From the IMG/VR virus record IMGVR_UViG_3300049194_000147, positions 1 to 40,896 of that record: a stretch of 40,896 bases of DNA; one strand, written 5' to 3'. Made by a program: the position numbers and the translations under genes. Below the pieces are notes generated by a model that was not told the origin of the DNA, searched no databases, and worked only from the letters and a program-made list of their open reading frames with translations. Of the stretch, positions 18,653 through 26,938 are shown piece after piece; the first letter of the stretch is position 1; the number at the start of each line of letters is the position of its first letter. The DNA is from a virus. Taxonomy: Duplodnaviria > Caudoviricetes.

Positions 18653-18684
18653 CAAAGGCATACAGTGCATGCTGTATGCCTTTG
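18653..18684 (+). terminator. Hairpin after capsid gene (terminator or mRNA stabiliser)
   Basis: CAAAGGCATACAG/CTGTATGCCTTTG perfect 13-bp stem. Confidence 0.6.
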
Positions 18685-18703
18685 TTGGTTACAATAAACC
18701 GCA

Positions 18704-18916
18704 ATGGCAAAAGCAGTAAACAAAAAAACAGAGCAGGAGCTTAAAACAAACCAGTTTGTGTACAACGGTAATACCTACGAAGTGGTGTATGGTAAAGTAA
18801 TGATACCCGATTTGGGTGTACTTACCGCCGCCGAAGTTGCAGTTGAGCCATTGGCACAAAAACACCTGGTAGATGCTGGCTGTGTTGGCTCTGTATTAAA
18901 ACAAATTTTCAATTAA
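18704..18916 (+). CDS. Small phage hypothetical protein
   Basis: 70 aa ATG ORF in structural operon. Confidence 0.65.
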   Translation: MAKAVNKKTEQELKTNQFVYNGNTYEVVYGKVMIPDLGVLTAAEVAVEPLAQKHLVDAGCVGSVLKQIFN

Positions 18917-18921
18917 CAACA

Positions 18922-19455
18922 ATGGCAACATACGCAAATATTACCGCACCAACTTCTCCCGAGCAGTTTCAGGGCGGTTATAAAGATGTGTTTTACATCT
19001 GCCCACTGGCAGATTTTACTTTGTTGCAGGCTCCCAGCGGCAGCACTGCACTCGGCGATAAATACACCATTAGCGCTGCACATACGCACCCCGTTGGTAA
19101 AGGCTTTTTCAGCTGGGTTACAAAAACCGATACCGTTCGTTTAACTGCAGAAACAGTGGGCGAAAAAGGTGCACGCCTTATCCGTTACCGGGTAGAGTTT
19201 CAGGTGGTAACCGATGGCGCTGCTACACAGGAGCAAATGACAAAGATCCTGAATGAGAAAAACATTTATCTCATGAAGGATGCAAACTGCTTAACTGCCG
19301 ATAGCTATGTACAGCTGGGCGATGATTGTAAGCAGGCTTACTTCTCTGTTGCCTTTGATGGTGGACAGGAAGAAAACCTGAAAACATGGACAGTTACAGG
19401 CGAAATCATTCAAAAGCGTTTCTTCTATAACGCAGCAATTGTAGAGGTAGCGTAA
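18922..19455 (+). CDS. Major tail (tube) protein, putative
   Basis: 177 aa beta-rich protein between capsid and tape measure. Confidence 0.55.
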   Translation: MATYANITAPTSPEQFQGGYKDVFYICPLADFTLLQAPSGSTALGDKYTISAAHTHPVGKGFFSWVTKTDTVRLTAETVGEKGARLIRYRVEFQVVTDGAATQEQMTKILNEKNIYLMKDANCLTADSYVQLGDDCKQAYFSVAFDGGQEENLKTWTVTGEIIQKRFFYNAAIVEVA

Positions 19456-19509
19456 GAAAAGTTTGAAGGTATAAGGTGTAGGGAGGAAGGCTGAATATTC
19501 AGCTTTCTT

Positions 19510-19541
19510 CCATTCACCATTCACCATTCACCACTCACCAT
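19510..19541 (+). repeat. Intergenic heptamer tandem repeat (TCACCAT)n
   Basis: ccattcaccattcaccattcaccactcaccat. Confidence 0.8.
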
Positions 19542-19554
19542 AAAACTAAAACGT

Positions 19555-19770
19555 ATGATACTAACGAACTCACAAACAGCCGAGCATTACGAACCGGCTT
19601 TCGGTGCCGATCAGCCCGATCAACGTATTACCGTAATTAAACAATACTCCGGTATGATTTCGGGCATTACACCCGAAGCAGCCGAAACATATGTAAAGCA
19701 AGGTGGTAACCTGCTTAAACGAAAAGAAAAACCAGCAGCAGCAGTGGTTTCGAAAAAAAAGGAAGATTAA
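19555..19770 (+). CDS. Small phage hypothetical protein
   Basis: 71 aa ATG ORF. Confidence 0.65.
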   Translation: MILTNSQTAEHYEPAFGADQPDQRITVIKQYSGMISGITPEAAETYVKQGGNLLKRKEKPAAAVVSKKKED

Positions 19771-19788
19771 TGATTAAGGTTTAAGGTA

Positions 19789-19825
19789 AAAAAAGCCTCC
19801 CCGCCACATGCGGCGGAGGCTTTTT
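19789..19825. terminator. Bidirectional rho-independent terminator
   Basis: AAAAAAGCCTCC...GGAGGCTTTTT. Confidence 0.75.
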
Positions 19826-19829
19826 GTTA

Positions 19830-19860
19830 AACCATGAACCATCAACCATGAACCATGAAC
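19830..19860 (+). repeat. Heptamer tandem repeat (AACCATG/C)n
   Basis: aaccatg aaccatc aaccatg aaccatg; related AAACCAT run at about 20338-20362. Confidence 0.75.
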
Positions 19861-20301
19861 TATGAATCCTTCAATAACTCCGTACGCCGCTGGGGCGGCA
19901 CTGCCTTAACCGGCATTAAAACAACTGGCCGCAGCTATGGCATACGGCACCGCAGCAACAGCCCCAGCAGCAGCGATAGTATTGCGGCCATGGCCGATAA
20001 GTACCGGGAAAAGCAGGGAGCTGTAAATGTGGTATCGTTTACGTTTAACAGGCCGCTTATTTACACCATGGGTGGTGCAGGGCGTGGACAGGGTGGCCTT
20101 AAAGGCAGCCGTTGGATAACCGCCAAAGGCGTAACCAAACGCACCAACCCTGCCAGCCTTGGTAAAGCCGATAGCGGCAACCGAAAAGCCAAACCGTTTA
20201 TTGATGCCTACCTCGACAGCCCCAACGGCACCGAACTGCTGGGCGATATCGTTGCCAACGAAATAGCCGATGCAGTGGTGGGAGAAATAAAATTCAAGTA
20301 A
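19855..20301 (+). CDS. Putative tail completion/neck protein
   Basis: Basic protein with GxGRG and RKAKPFID (xxPF motif of HK97-gp10-like proteins). Confidence 0.5.
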   Translation: MNYESFNNSVRRWGGTALTGIKTTGRSYGIRHRSNSPSSSDSIAAMADKYREKQGAVNVVSFTFNRPLIYTMGGAGRGQGGLKGSRWITAKGVTKRTNPASLGKADSGNRKAKPFIDAYLDSPNGTELLGDIVANEIADAVVGEIKFK

Positions 20302-20371
20302 TACAAAACAAGCAATAAGGTACAAGGCACAGGGTACAACCATAAACCTTAAACCATAAACCGTTTCTACA

Positions 20372-23095
20372 ATGGCAACAAAAGTAACCCGCAGCGTAAG
20401 TGTATTTATTGAAAGTGGCGAAGCCGAAAAAGCACAGCAACGCTTACAGGCCAAAACCAAACAACTGGCCGATGATTTAAAAAAGGCAACCGATCCGGTG
20501 GTAATTAACCGGCTTACCAAAGAATTAAAAACAGCTGAGGGCCAGCTGGAGCGGGTGAGTAAAAAAGTAAACGGCGAAGTAACACCCAGCTTTAAAGATT
20601 TGCAAAGCACGGTAAATGCATTGGGCCGCCGCCTTAAAACCATGAGCACTACCGATGCCGATTTTAGCAAAGTGCTTATCCAATACAACAAAGCCAAAGT
20701 GGAGCTGGGCGAAATGCGAAACAGGGTTGATAGGCTCAATGAAGGGTTTAACAACAGCAGTAAAAGCAGCAGCGGTTTGTTTAATGGCTTTGCAGGGTTT
20801 GCAAAAAGCCTCGGTGCATTGGCAGCTGCACAAATAAGTGTGGATGCTGTTGTTGGTTTTATTGGCGATAGTATAAATGAATTTCAGCAGGCCGAACTTG
20901 CTGCTGCACGTTTTGAGGCAAGGCTTAAAAATCTAGGGCAGGAAGATGCTATACCACGTTTAACAAAGTTTGCCGAAGAGCTGGCCGATCAGTTTAAGTT
21001 TTTAGATAACGATGATATTATTGGCGTATTTGAGCAGTTTATCAATTACGGTAAACTTACAGAGCAGCAGATACGTGATCTTACACCGGTTGTAATTGAT
21101 TTTGCTGCACAACAGCAGATCAGTGTACAGGAGGCTGCATCGGTTATCATTAAAGCGTTAGAAGGTAACGGTAAAGCCCTGAAGGAATACGGTATTGACA
21201 TAAAAGATGCAGGTAATGAAACTGAAGCATTTGGCATTATCCTGGAAGAGTTAAAACCAAAGGTTGAAGGTGCTGCCGAAACATTCAGTGGTACACTTGC
21301 AGGCAGTGCTGCCGAAACCCGGCAGGAAATTGCAAACCTGAAAGAAGAGATTGGCGAAAACCTTGCACCGGTTGTAAAAGGATTTTATTCTGTACTTTCA
21401 AACGTTACAAGCACATTCAGGGCTGCAATGGCTGGTGGTGTAGTTATTTTTTATAAAACACTGGCTTTATTGGGTAACGAAAGTGCAAAAGCAAAAGTTC
21501 GTGCAATGGAAGCATTGGCACAAATACGAAAAGAGCAGGAGGCACAAGGTATTGTTGATCCTGTAGATCAGCCATCGGCATATACTACACTCGGCACAAA
21601 TACCGGAACAACCACTACAACAAAAACAAAAACTGGAGGTGGCGGAAAATCCAAAGCACAATTGGAGCGTGAGCGTGCAGCAGAAGAACGTAAAAAACTA
21701 AATGAAGATTTAAAAAAGCAGGCCGAAGATCTGTTGTTCTTCAATGCTGATCAGATTACCAAAGAACTCCGTGCTGTTGATGAAAAGTATAATCAGCTTC
21801 GCATACGGGCCAAAGGCAATGCAGATCAGTTAAAACAAATTGATGATTTAAATGCCCGGGAGCGGCAGCTGGTATTTAAAAACTATTACAATAAGCTGCA
21901 GGCCGAAGCCGATAAAAATGCCGAAGAGTTACGTAAAAAGGCCGATGCCGATGCACAAAAATTAAAAGAGCTGTTTGAAAAACGGCAGCTGGCTGCTTTG
22001 GAGTTTGCCCGTAACCAGCTGGAAGCAAATGCAAGAACAGGCTTACAAAACCTGCAGGATGATGCTGAGTTAAAGGTGTTGCAAAACCGTGGATTGGCAA
22101 GGCAAAAAGCATTACGGGAGCAGTTACAACTTGAAGAGCAGATTGAGGTAGGCGCTGCAGAAAAAGCAGGCCGTAGTGTAGAGCTTGTACGGGAAAAGTA
22201 CCGTGAAAAAAACCGGCAGCTGCTGCTCGATCAAATTGAAGAAATAGGCAGTTACATACAGGAAAATTTCCAGGCAGTAACGGCCCTGTTTGATGCTATT
22301 AGCGAACGTGAAAACCAGCGCCTCGATGATAACCGCCGCCGTTACGATCGGGAGCGGGAAAACTATGATCGCTTACTCAACAGCCAAAAAATAAGCCGGG
22401 AGCAGTACGATAAACAAATTAAAGCAATCAACAACAAACAGGAAGCCGAGGAAAAAGCATTACGCCGCAAACAGTTTCAGCGAGATAAAACACTTAACCT
22501 TATTACCGCTGTAATGAACACAGCCCTGGCTGTAACCCGTGCATTGGGTACAGGCGGCCCTATACTGGCTGCTATTACCGCTGCATTGGGTGCTGTGCAA
22601 ATTGGCATTATTGCCAGCCAAAAACCACCACAGTTTGCAAAGGGTGGTATTTTAAATGGCCCACGCCACAGCAATGGCGGCATGCCGGTAATTAACCCCG
22701 TTACAGGATCGGTAGAGGCCGAGGTTGAAGGTGGTGAAGCTATCCTAAGCCGCCGCTTTGTACGCAACAATCCTAACCTGGTGGCAGCAGCATTAGAAAG
22801 CAGTCGCAATGGAGGTTACAATATTGAAAGTCCGTTTAACAAAACAGGCAACATACGGCCCATGAATGTGGGGCTTATTACCAACAGCATGGGCAATGTA
22901 CGCCGCTACGAAAGCGGTGGTATACTGCCACAGGCAAACACACAGTTACAGCAGGAAAATACACAGTTACGGGATGTGTTGATGCGTTTAAGCAAACAGC
23001 TGGAAAAACCGTTTGTTGGGGTGGTAAGCCTTAGCACCATAGAAGATGCCAACGACCGTAAAACCGCAATAATTGAAGATGCTACTATGAAGTAG
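20372..23095 (+). CDS. Tail tape measure protein
   Basis: 907 aa, alpha-helical and coiled coil; C-terminal FAKGG...GPRHSNGG...EVEGGEAIL typical of Bacteroidota TMPs. Confidence 0.9.
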   Translation: MATKVTRSVSVFIESGEAEKAQQRLQAKTKQLADDLKKATDPVVINRLTKELKTAEGQLERVSKKVNGEVTPSFKDLQSTVNALGRRLKTMSTTDADFSKVLIQYNKAKVELGEMRNRVDRLNEGFNNSSKSSSGLFNGFAGFAKSLGALAAAQISVDAVVGFIGDSINEFQQAELAAARFEARLKNLGQEDAIPRLTKFAEELADQFKFLDNDDIIGVFEQFINYGKLTEQQIRDLTPVVIDFAAQQQISVQEAASVIIKALEGNGKALKEYGIDIKDAGNETEAFGIILEELKPKVEGAAETFSGTLAGSAAETRQEIANLKEEIGENLAPVVKGFYSVLSNVTSTFRAAMAGGVVIFYKTLALLGNESAKAKVRAMEALAQIRKEQEAQGIVDPVDQPSAYTTLGTNTGTTTTTKTKTGGGGKSKAQLERERAAEERKKLNEDLKKQAEDLLFFNADQITKELRAVDEKYNQLRIRAKGNADQLKQIDDLNARERQLVFKNYYNKLQAEADKNAEELRKKADADAQKLKELFEKRQLAALEFARNQLEANARTGLQNLQDDAELKVLQNRGLARQKALREQLQLEEQIEVGAAEKAGRSVELVREKYREKNRQLLLDQIEEIGSYIQENFQAVTALFDAISERENQRLDDNRRRYDRERENYDRLLNSQKISREQYDKQIKAINNKQEAEEKALRRKQFQRDKTLNLITAVMNTALAVTRALGTGGPILAAITAALGAVQIGIIASQKPPQFAKGGILNGPRHSNGGMPVINPVTGSVEAEVEGGEAILSRRFVRNNPNLVAAALESSRNGGYNIESPFNKTGNIRPMNVGLITNSMGNVRRYESGGILPQANTQLQQENTQLRDVLMRLSKQLEKPFVGVVSLSTIEDANDRKTAIIEDATMK

Positions 23096-23351
23096 CATCT
23101 TCTTTTTTCTGTCCTTCTTCAATAAGATTGTACATTTTTACCAATGTATCTCTCATAAACTTATCGTGTGCTTCCTCAGATTTTCTTTTGGATAAAAAAA
23201 CAGGTATTGCTGCAAGTAAAGGCGTGGCAAAAATGCAAAGTACAAGTGTAAGCAGCCATCCGATTTTACGTTCACTTCCGGCATCGATAATAAAAAGACC
23301 TAATGCAAAAAGACTAATAAGGCTGAAAAAGAAAAATACTTCTGTAAACAT
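23085..23351 (-). CDS. Antisense-oriented small membrane protein (moron)
   Basis: Two TM segments; the only minus-strand gene in the late region; AT-rich. Confidence 0.65.
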   Translation of the reverse strand: MFTEVFFFFSLISLFALGLFIIDAGSERKIGWLLTLVLCIFATPLLAAIPVFLSKRKSEEAHDKFMRDTLVKMYNLIEEGQKKEDATS

Positions 23352-23478
23352 AACAGTGTTTTTAGATTAATAAAATAATTCCGAAAAACATTGCACAGTG
23401 TCGCAAAACATCGTACTTTCGTCTTTCGGTAGCTTTCGGCTATTTACGAAAATAAGTTTTTTAAATTGAAATAATTGC

Positions 23479-23620
23479 TATGTTTGTGATGCAAAACACT
23501 CTCTTCAATGAGACAAAAATTCCATTACAGACTAGTATTACCTAACTGGGCAGGCGAACGGTTGAAAGTACCGCAGCTTTTCTGTTGTCTCAACAGAGTG
23601 TTTTGCAGCGACCTGTCCAT
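23479..23620 (+). promoter_or_regulatory. Promoter (TATGTTTG) plus structured 5' leader
   Basis: -7 consensus at 23479-23486; inverted repeats 23490-23502/23595-23607 and 23509-23516/23585-23592. Confidence 0.55.
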
Positions 23621-23644
23621 TCTTTTCATTTCAAATTGTTTAAA

Positions 23645-23869
23645 ATGCAAAACACAACAAGCGATCAAAAGGCCCAATTAGCGGCCCATGTGCAAGACCT
23701 TTTTCAGCAAACCAGTGTACAGGAAATTGAGCAATGCCTGTGGGATATGTTTAACCGCACAGTAGAAAATGAAGATGCTACTATGCAAGAGGTTAAAGAT
23801 GCAGCGTTTTACTGCCGGTTACTAACAAGGTACCTGCACAGCATGCAGCTGTATGTTACATTACAGTAA
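23645..23869 (+). CDS. Small helical protein (paralog of 24101-24313)
   Basis: LAAHVQDLF...EIEQCLWDM versus LATEVKTFF...EIEQDLYDM. Confidence 0.7.
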   Translation: MQNTTSDQKAQLAAHVQDLFQQTSVQEIEQCLWDMFNRTVENEDATMQEVKDAAFYCRLLTRYLHSMQLYVTLQ

Positions 23870-23870
23870 C

Positions 23871-23904
23871 AAAAAAGCCCCGGTAATTATCGGGGCTTTT
23901 TTTT
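23871..23904. terminator. Bidirectional rho-independent terminator
   Basis: AAAAAAGCCCCG...CGGGGCTTTTTTT. Confidence 0.8.
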
Positions 23905-24100
23905 CACATCGCAAATACATTACAAACTGCCCTTGTAAAATTGTATTGCTGTTTAAAAACAGCATGGTTAAACATGCTTATAAGTATAAATACTGATTAT
24001 TATAATAAGTATTTATGTGTATAAATTAACCTAACTAACTGCAACGCATAAACGATAAACTGTAATTAAATTGTAGCCTCACTTTAAACCTATTCTAACA

Positions 24101-24313
24101 ATGAGTAACACTCCAAAACCACAACCTACAGCGTTAGCCACCGAAGTAAAAACGTTTTTCGCTAACAGTACCGCAGCCGAAATTGAGCAGGATCTGTACG
24201 ATATGTTGCAGCTAAGCCTGGAGCACCAGCCCGATGTTCAGCATACCAAAGAAAAGCTGCACACCTACCGGGAGCTATCGCAGTTTTTGCACCGCATCAG
24301 CCAAATGGTTTAA
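24101..24313 (+). CDS. Small helical protein (paralog of 23645-23869)
   Basis: 70 aa, followed by its own terminator. Confidence 0.7.
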   Translation: MSNTPKPQPTALATEVKTFFANSTAAEIEQDLYDMLQLSLEHQPDVQHTKEKLHTYRELSQFLHRISQMV

Positions 24314-24318
24314 TGTAT

Positions 24319-24344
24319 AACCTCCGCACAACGGAGGTTTTTTT
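24319..24344 (+). terminator. Rho-independent terminator
   Basis: AACCTCCG/CGGAGGTT stem plus T tract. Confidence 0.75.
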
Positions 24345-24410
24345 ATAAAATAAACTCCTTAATATTTGCATATATCGTAAACTGTCGTAAATTAGCGTAA
24401 CATTTCGCAA

Positions 24411-24839
24411 ATGCAAAGAGTTGTGTTTTTTATAGCAGTCAGTTTTTGTTTAGTTGTTGAATTAAAAGCCCAGCTGCATGTTTATGCAGGTGCCGGTGCC
24501 ACCAATGGTTTGCCAGGAGCAGAGTTGTGTGTGGGGTACCGGCACGGTAAGGGCGCCATAGGTGCAGGCTTTACTGCTGCTGACGATGCTGCAATGCCTT
24601 TACAGTTGCATATACGGGCACAACTTGTTACACAGTACGGTATAATTGCAGGAGCAGGGCCTGTTTGGCAAGTGTACAGCACCCATGCCACCCAACGTAA
24701 CAGCCTGCAGGCACAACTGTATGCCGCTTACCATTTTTGTTACTACAAACGATCTTCTTTTTACATAAGCACTACCTACACCACCGGCAGCACAATAAGT
24801 GCTCATGTTGGTATGAGTTTGGGTTTGTGGAAAGAGTGA
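24411..24839 (+). CDS. Exported protein, probable small outer-membrane beta-barrel
   Basis: Signal peptide ending LKA-Q (Bacteroidota Q-rule); alternating Gly/aromatic strands (VYAGAG, IGAGF, AHVGMSLGLW). Confidence 0.55.
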   Translation: MQRVVFFIAVSFCLVVELKAQLHVYAGAGATNGLPGAELCVGYRHGKGAIGAGFTAADDAAMPLQLHIRAQLVTQYGIIAGAGPVWQVYSTHATQRNSLQAQLYAAYHFCYYKRSSFYISTTYTTGSTISAHVGMSLGLWKE

Positions 24840-24855
24840 AACAGTTAAACGTTAA

Positions 24856-25068
24856 ATGTTACAGGTTATGAGTAATGAAAAAGTTTATTACATCGAGCAA
24901 TGGGGTAATAAGTTTAATCCTAAGGATGTAAACCATACACTTTATTTTGATACTGCATCATTAATTGATGGCATGGTTTATACCAACTTAAAATCACAAT
25001 TGCAAACGCATGCCTATTTCAGAGTAAAACTGAAACCGCAGCCATCGCCTTCAACCCTTAACTCATAA
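24856..25068 (+). CDS. Hypothetical protein
   Basis: 70 aa; start may be 24868. Confidence 0.55.
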   Translation: MLQVMSNEKVYYIEQWGNKFNPKDVNHTLYFDTASLIDGMVYTNLKSQLQTHAYFRVKLKPQPSPSTLNS

Positions 25069-25083
25069 CCTTTAACCTTTTCT

Positions 25084-25395
25084 ATGATCAGTATTTCTTT
25101 AAAAGACAGCAACGGCAACAGCATGCAGTTAAATGATGTAGTGCTGATTCATTACACCAACCCATCGGTAAAGTACCTGGGCGTATTACAATTTTTTGAA
25201 GAAGAAGCCTGTTTCATTATCAGCGATAACGATGGAGATTACGAATACTGGCACCCCGGCATTTGGAGCAGTATTGAAAAAGTATGTGATGGTGGTTTTG
25301 CTTTTTCACTCGATCATTACTTTGGAAGAAATGAAACTACTACTGCTGCTATGATGAAAGCGGTGGAAGAGGTGAAGGCGGCGTTGTATGTATAA
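25084..25395 (+). CDS. YopX-like protein
   Basis: LKDSNGNSMQLNDVV resembles YopX LKDxNGxEIYEGDIV; its stop TAA lies in the array boundary GTATAAC. Confidence 0.5.
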   Translation: MISISLKDSNGNSMQLNDVVLIHYTNPSVKYLGVLQFFEEEACFIISDNDGDYEYWHPGIWSSIEKVCDGGFAFSLDHYFGRNETTTAAMMKAVEEVKAALYV

Positions 25396-25521
25396 CGTTC
25401 CCACGCTTGGCGAAGGTGGCGATTTACAGCACAAATGCCGATGCGGAGAACGAATGTTGAATATAGCAGTAAATATCGAGCGGAGTACTGCACCGCCACT
25501 TTTGCCAAACGTGTGTTATGC
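25390..25521. repeat. attC-like site A (132 bp)
   Basis: GTATAAC ... GTTATGC cores; arms 25402-25421 / 25494-25513 pair 17/20 plus 2 G.T. Confidence 0.75.
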
Positions 25522-25557
25522 GTTCGGGCTTTTTGGAAACGAATTAAATTTTAAAAT

Positions 25558-26088
25558 ATGAATAGTAAAATAATCAGCTTCGCAATAGAAGCACACAACA
25601 ACACAAACCATTTATACGATGGTAAACCTTATTCGGTGCATTTGTCAATGGTAGCAATGACCGCACAAAAGTATATTGATTGCATACCTGAACAAGCACA
25701 AAGCGATGTATTATCTGCTTGTTGGTTACACGATACAATTGAAGATTGCAGAATGACTTATAATGATATTAAGCAAGTAGCTGGTGAAGCGGTTGCAAAT
25801 ATTGTTTATGCCGTAACCAACGAAAAGGGTAAAAACCGAAAAGAAAGAGCAAATGATGCCTATTACGATGGTATTAGAAAAACAATGTGGGCAAAATATG
25901 TAAAGCTATGTGATAGACTTGCAAATGTTCAATACAGCTACGATAATACTTCAAGAATGTATGGTGTTTATCAAAAAGAGAATGATGCTTTTTTGCAAGC
26001 ATTGTTTCCGAATGAAAGCGAAATGCACCACTACCGAGATATTGTCAATGATTTGAAAATGTTGTTGGGTTACACGGTCGTAGCCTGA
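25558..26088 (+). CDS. HD-domain hydrolase, Mesh1/SpoT small alarmone hydrolase-like (cassette cargo)
   Basis: AH...GKPYSVHL...WLHDTIED...VKLCDRLAN motif set. Confidence 0.8.
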   Translation: MNSKIISFAIEAHNNTNHLYDGKPYSVHLSMVAMTAQKYIDCIPEQAQSDVLSACWLHDTIEDCRMTYNDIKQVAGEAVANIVYAVTNEKGKNRKERANDAYYDGIRKTMWAKYVKLCDRLANVQYSYDNTSRMYGVYQKENDAFLQALFPNESEMHHYRDIVNDLKMLLGYTVVA

Positions 26089-26089
26089 C

Positions 26090-26199
26090 GCATAACGGCC
26101 AGAAATTGCTGTTGTGCGCCCTGTACCGATGGAACATCGGAGTAAAAGGGCAAGCAACAGTTGAGGCAGACGGCGCATTATAGCAATTTACTGTTGGAC
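26090..26199. repeat. attC-like site B (110 bp)
   Basis: GCATAAC ... GTTGGAC cores; arms 26100-26120 / 26172-26193; inner CCGATG-GAA-CATCGG hairpin. Confidence 0.75.
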
Positions 26200-26349
26200 G
26201 CCGTACGGGAGTTGTGTTTAGCCTGCCGAATTTTCTGGCCGTTGGACAGCCATAAGTAAAACAAGGGAGTGTGAAGCATGAACACGGTTGGTTTACGGCT
26301 TTCACCCCGTATGAAGAAAACAAAATTTTTTAATCTTAAAATTATAATC

Positions 26350-26670
26350 ATGGAAAATTTAAACAAAGAAGGTCGCTATATCCTGATAGCATATCGTTAC
26401 GGTCATAAAGACGGACACAGTTATTTAGTTGATTTGTGTAGCGGAATTGATACTGCAACAGAACGTGCAGATGCAGAAGCTATGGATAGAGGTGGAAAAT
26501 ACTCTGTATCCGTTTTCGCTGTCCGTACATACGGAGAAATTGAAGAAGTGTATGAGGCAAAATGCCCTGAACATTATACACAAGGAACTCAATCGTTGCA
26601 TCAAGCGCATGAACAATTAAAGAAAGATATAAAAGAAGGGCTTTCTGCTTTGTCTGTATTATTGTCTTAA
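26350..26670 (+). CDS. Hypothetical protein (cassette cargo, 106 aa)
   Basis: ATG at 26350 after an AT-rich leader; bracketed by inverted repeat 26299-26323 / 26671-26696. Confidence 0.7.
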   Translation: MENLNKEGRYILIAYRYGHKDGHSYLVDLCSGIDTATERADAEAMDRGGKYSVSVFAVRTYGEIEEVYEAKCPEHYTQGTQSLHQAHEQLKKDIKEGLSALSVLLS

Positions 26671-26703
26671 TTGTTTTCTGAATTACGGGGTGAAAGTATG
26701 GCG

Positions 26704-26938
26704 GTCCAACGATCGGGGTGTTTGCGAAGTGGTGTTTTAAAAAATCAATTATTAAACAATTAAAATTTATAAAATGAGCAACGAGAACGATGACGTTAGT
26801 GAAGCTAAGGGATGCCTATTTTACGTATTGGCATTTGCAGTTTTGGTTTTTACATTAAAGTACGGTTGTAATTGATTTTTTAAATAAGCCACGAAAGCAA
26901 GCGACCAACAGCCCCATTTCGTAAACACCATGTAAGGC
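26704..26938. repeat. attC-like site C (235 bp) with a small ORF in its loop
   Basis: GTCCAAC ... GTAAGGC cores; arms 26717-26732 / 26914-26929; inner perfect 16-bp IR 26736-26751 / 26869-26884. Confidence 0.7.
26774..26875 (+). CDS. 33-aa single-TM peptide
   Basis: MSNENDDVSEAKGCLFYVLAFAVLVFTLKYGCN with AT-rich Bacteroidota-type leader. Confidence 0.5.
   Translation: MSNENDDVSEAKGCLFYVLAFAVLVFTLKYGCN

Noticed and set aside
19751-19790. A-AAA-AAG slippery site as tail-chaperone -1 frameshift
   Set aside because: The -1 frame stops after a few codons and a terminator follows, so no G-T type fusion is possible.
19906-20754. 282-aa minus-strand ORF and similar overlapping ORFs in the track
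   Set aside because: Antisense to well-supported structural genes, with no motifs.
24411-25395. Additional cassettes upstream of 25397
   Set aside because: No GTT-side partner for GTATAAC (25390) and no further attC-like arms found; ATGTATAAC at about 24313 leads into an ordinary terminator.
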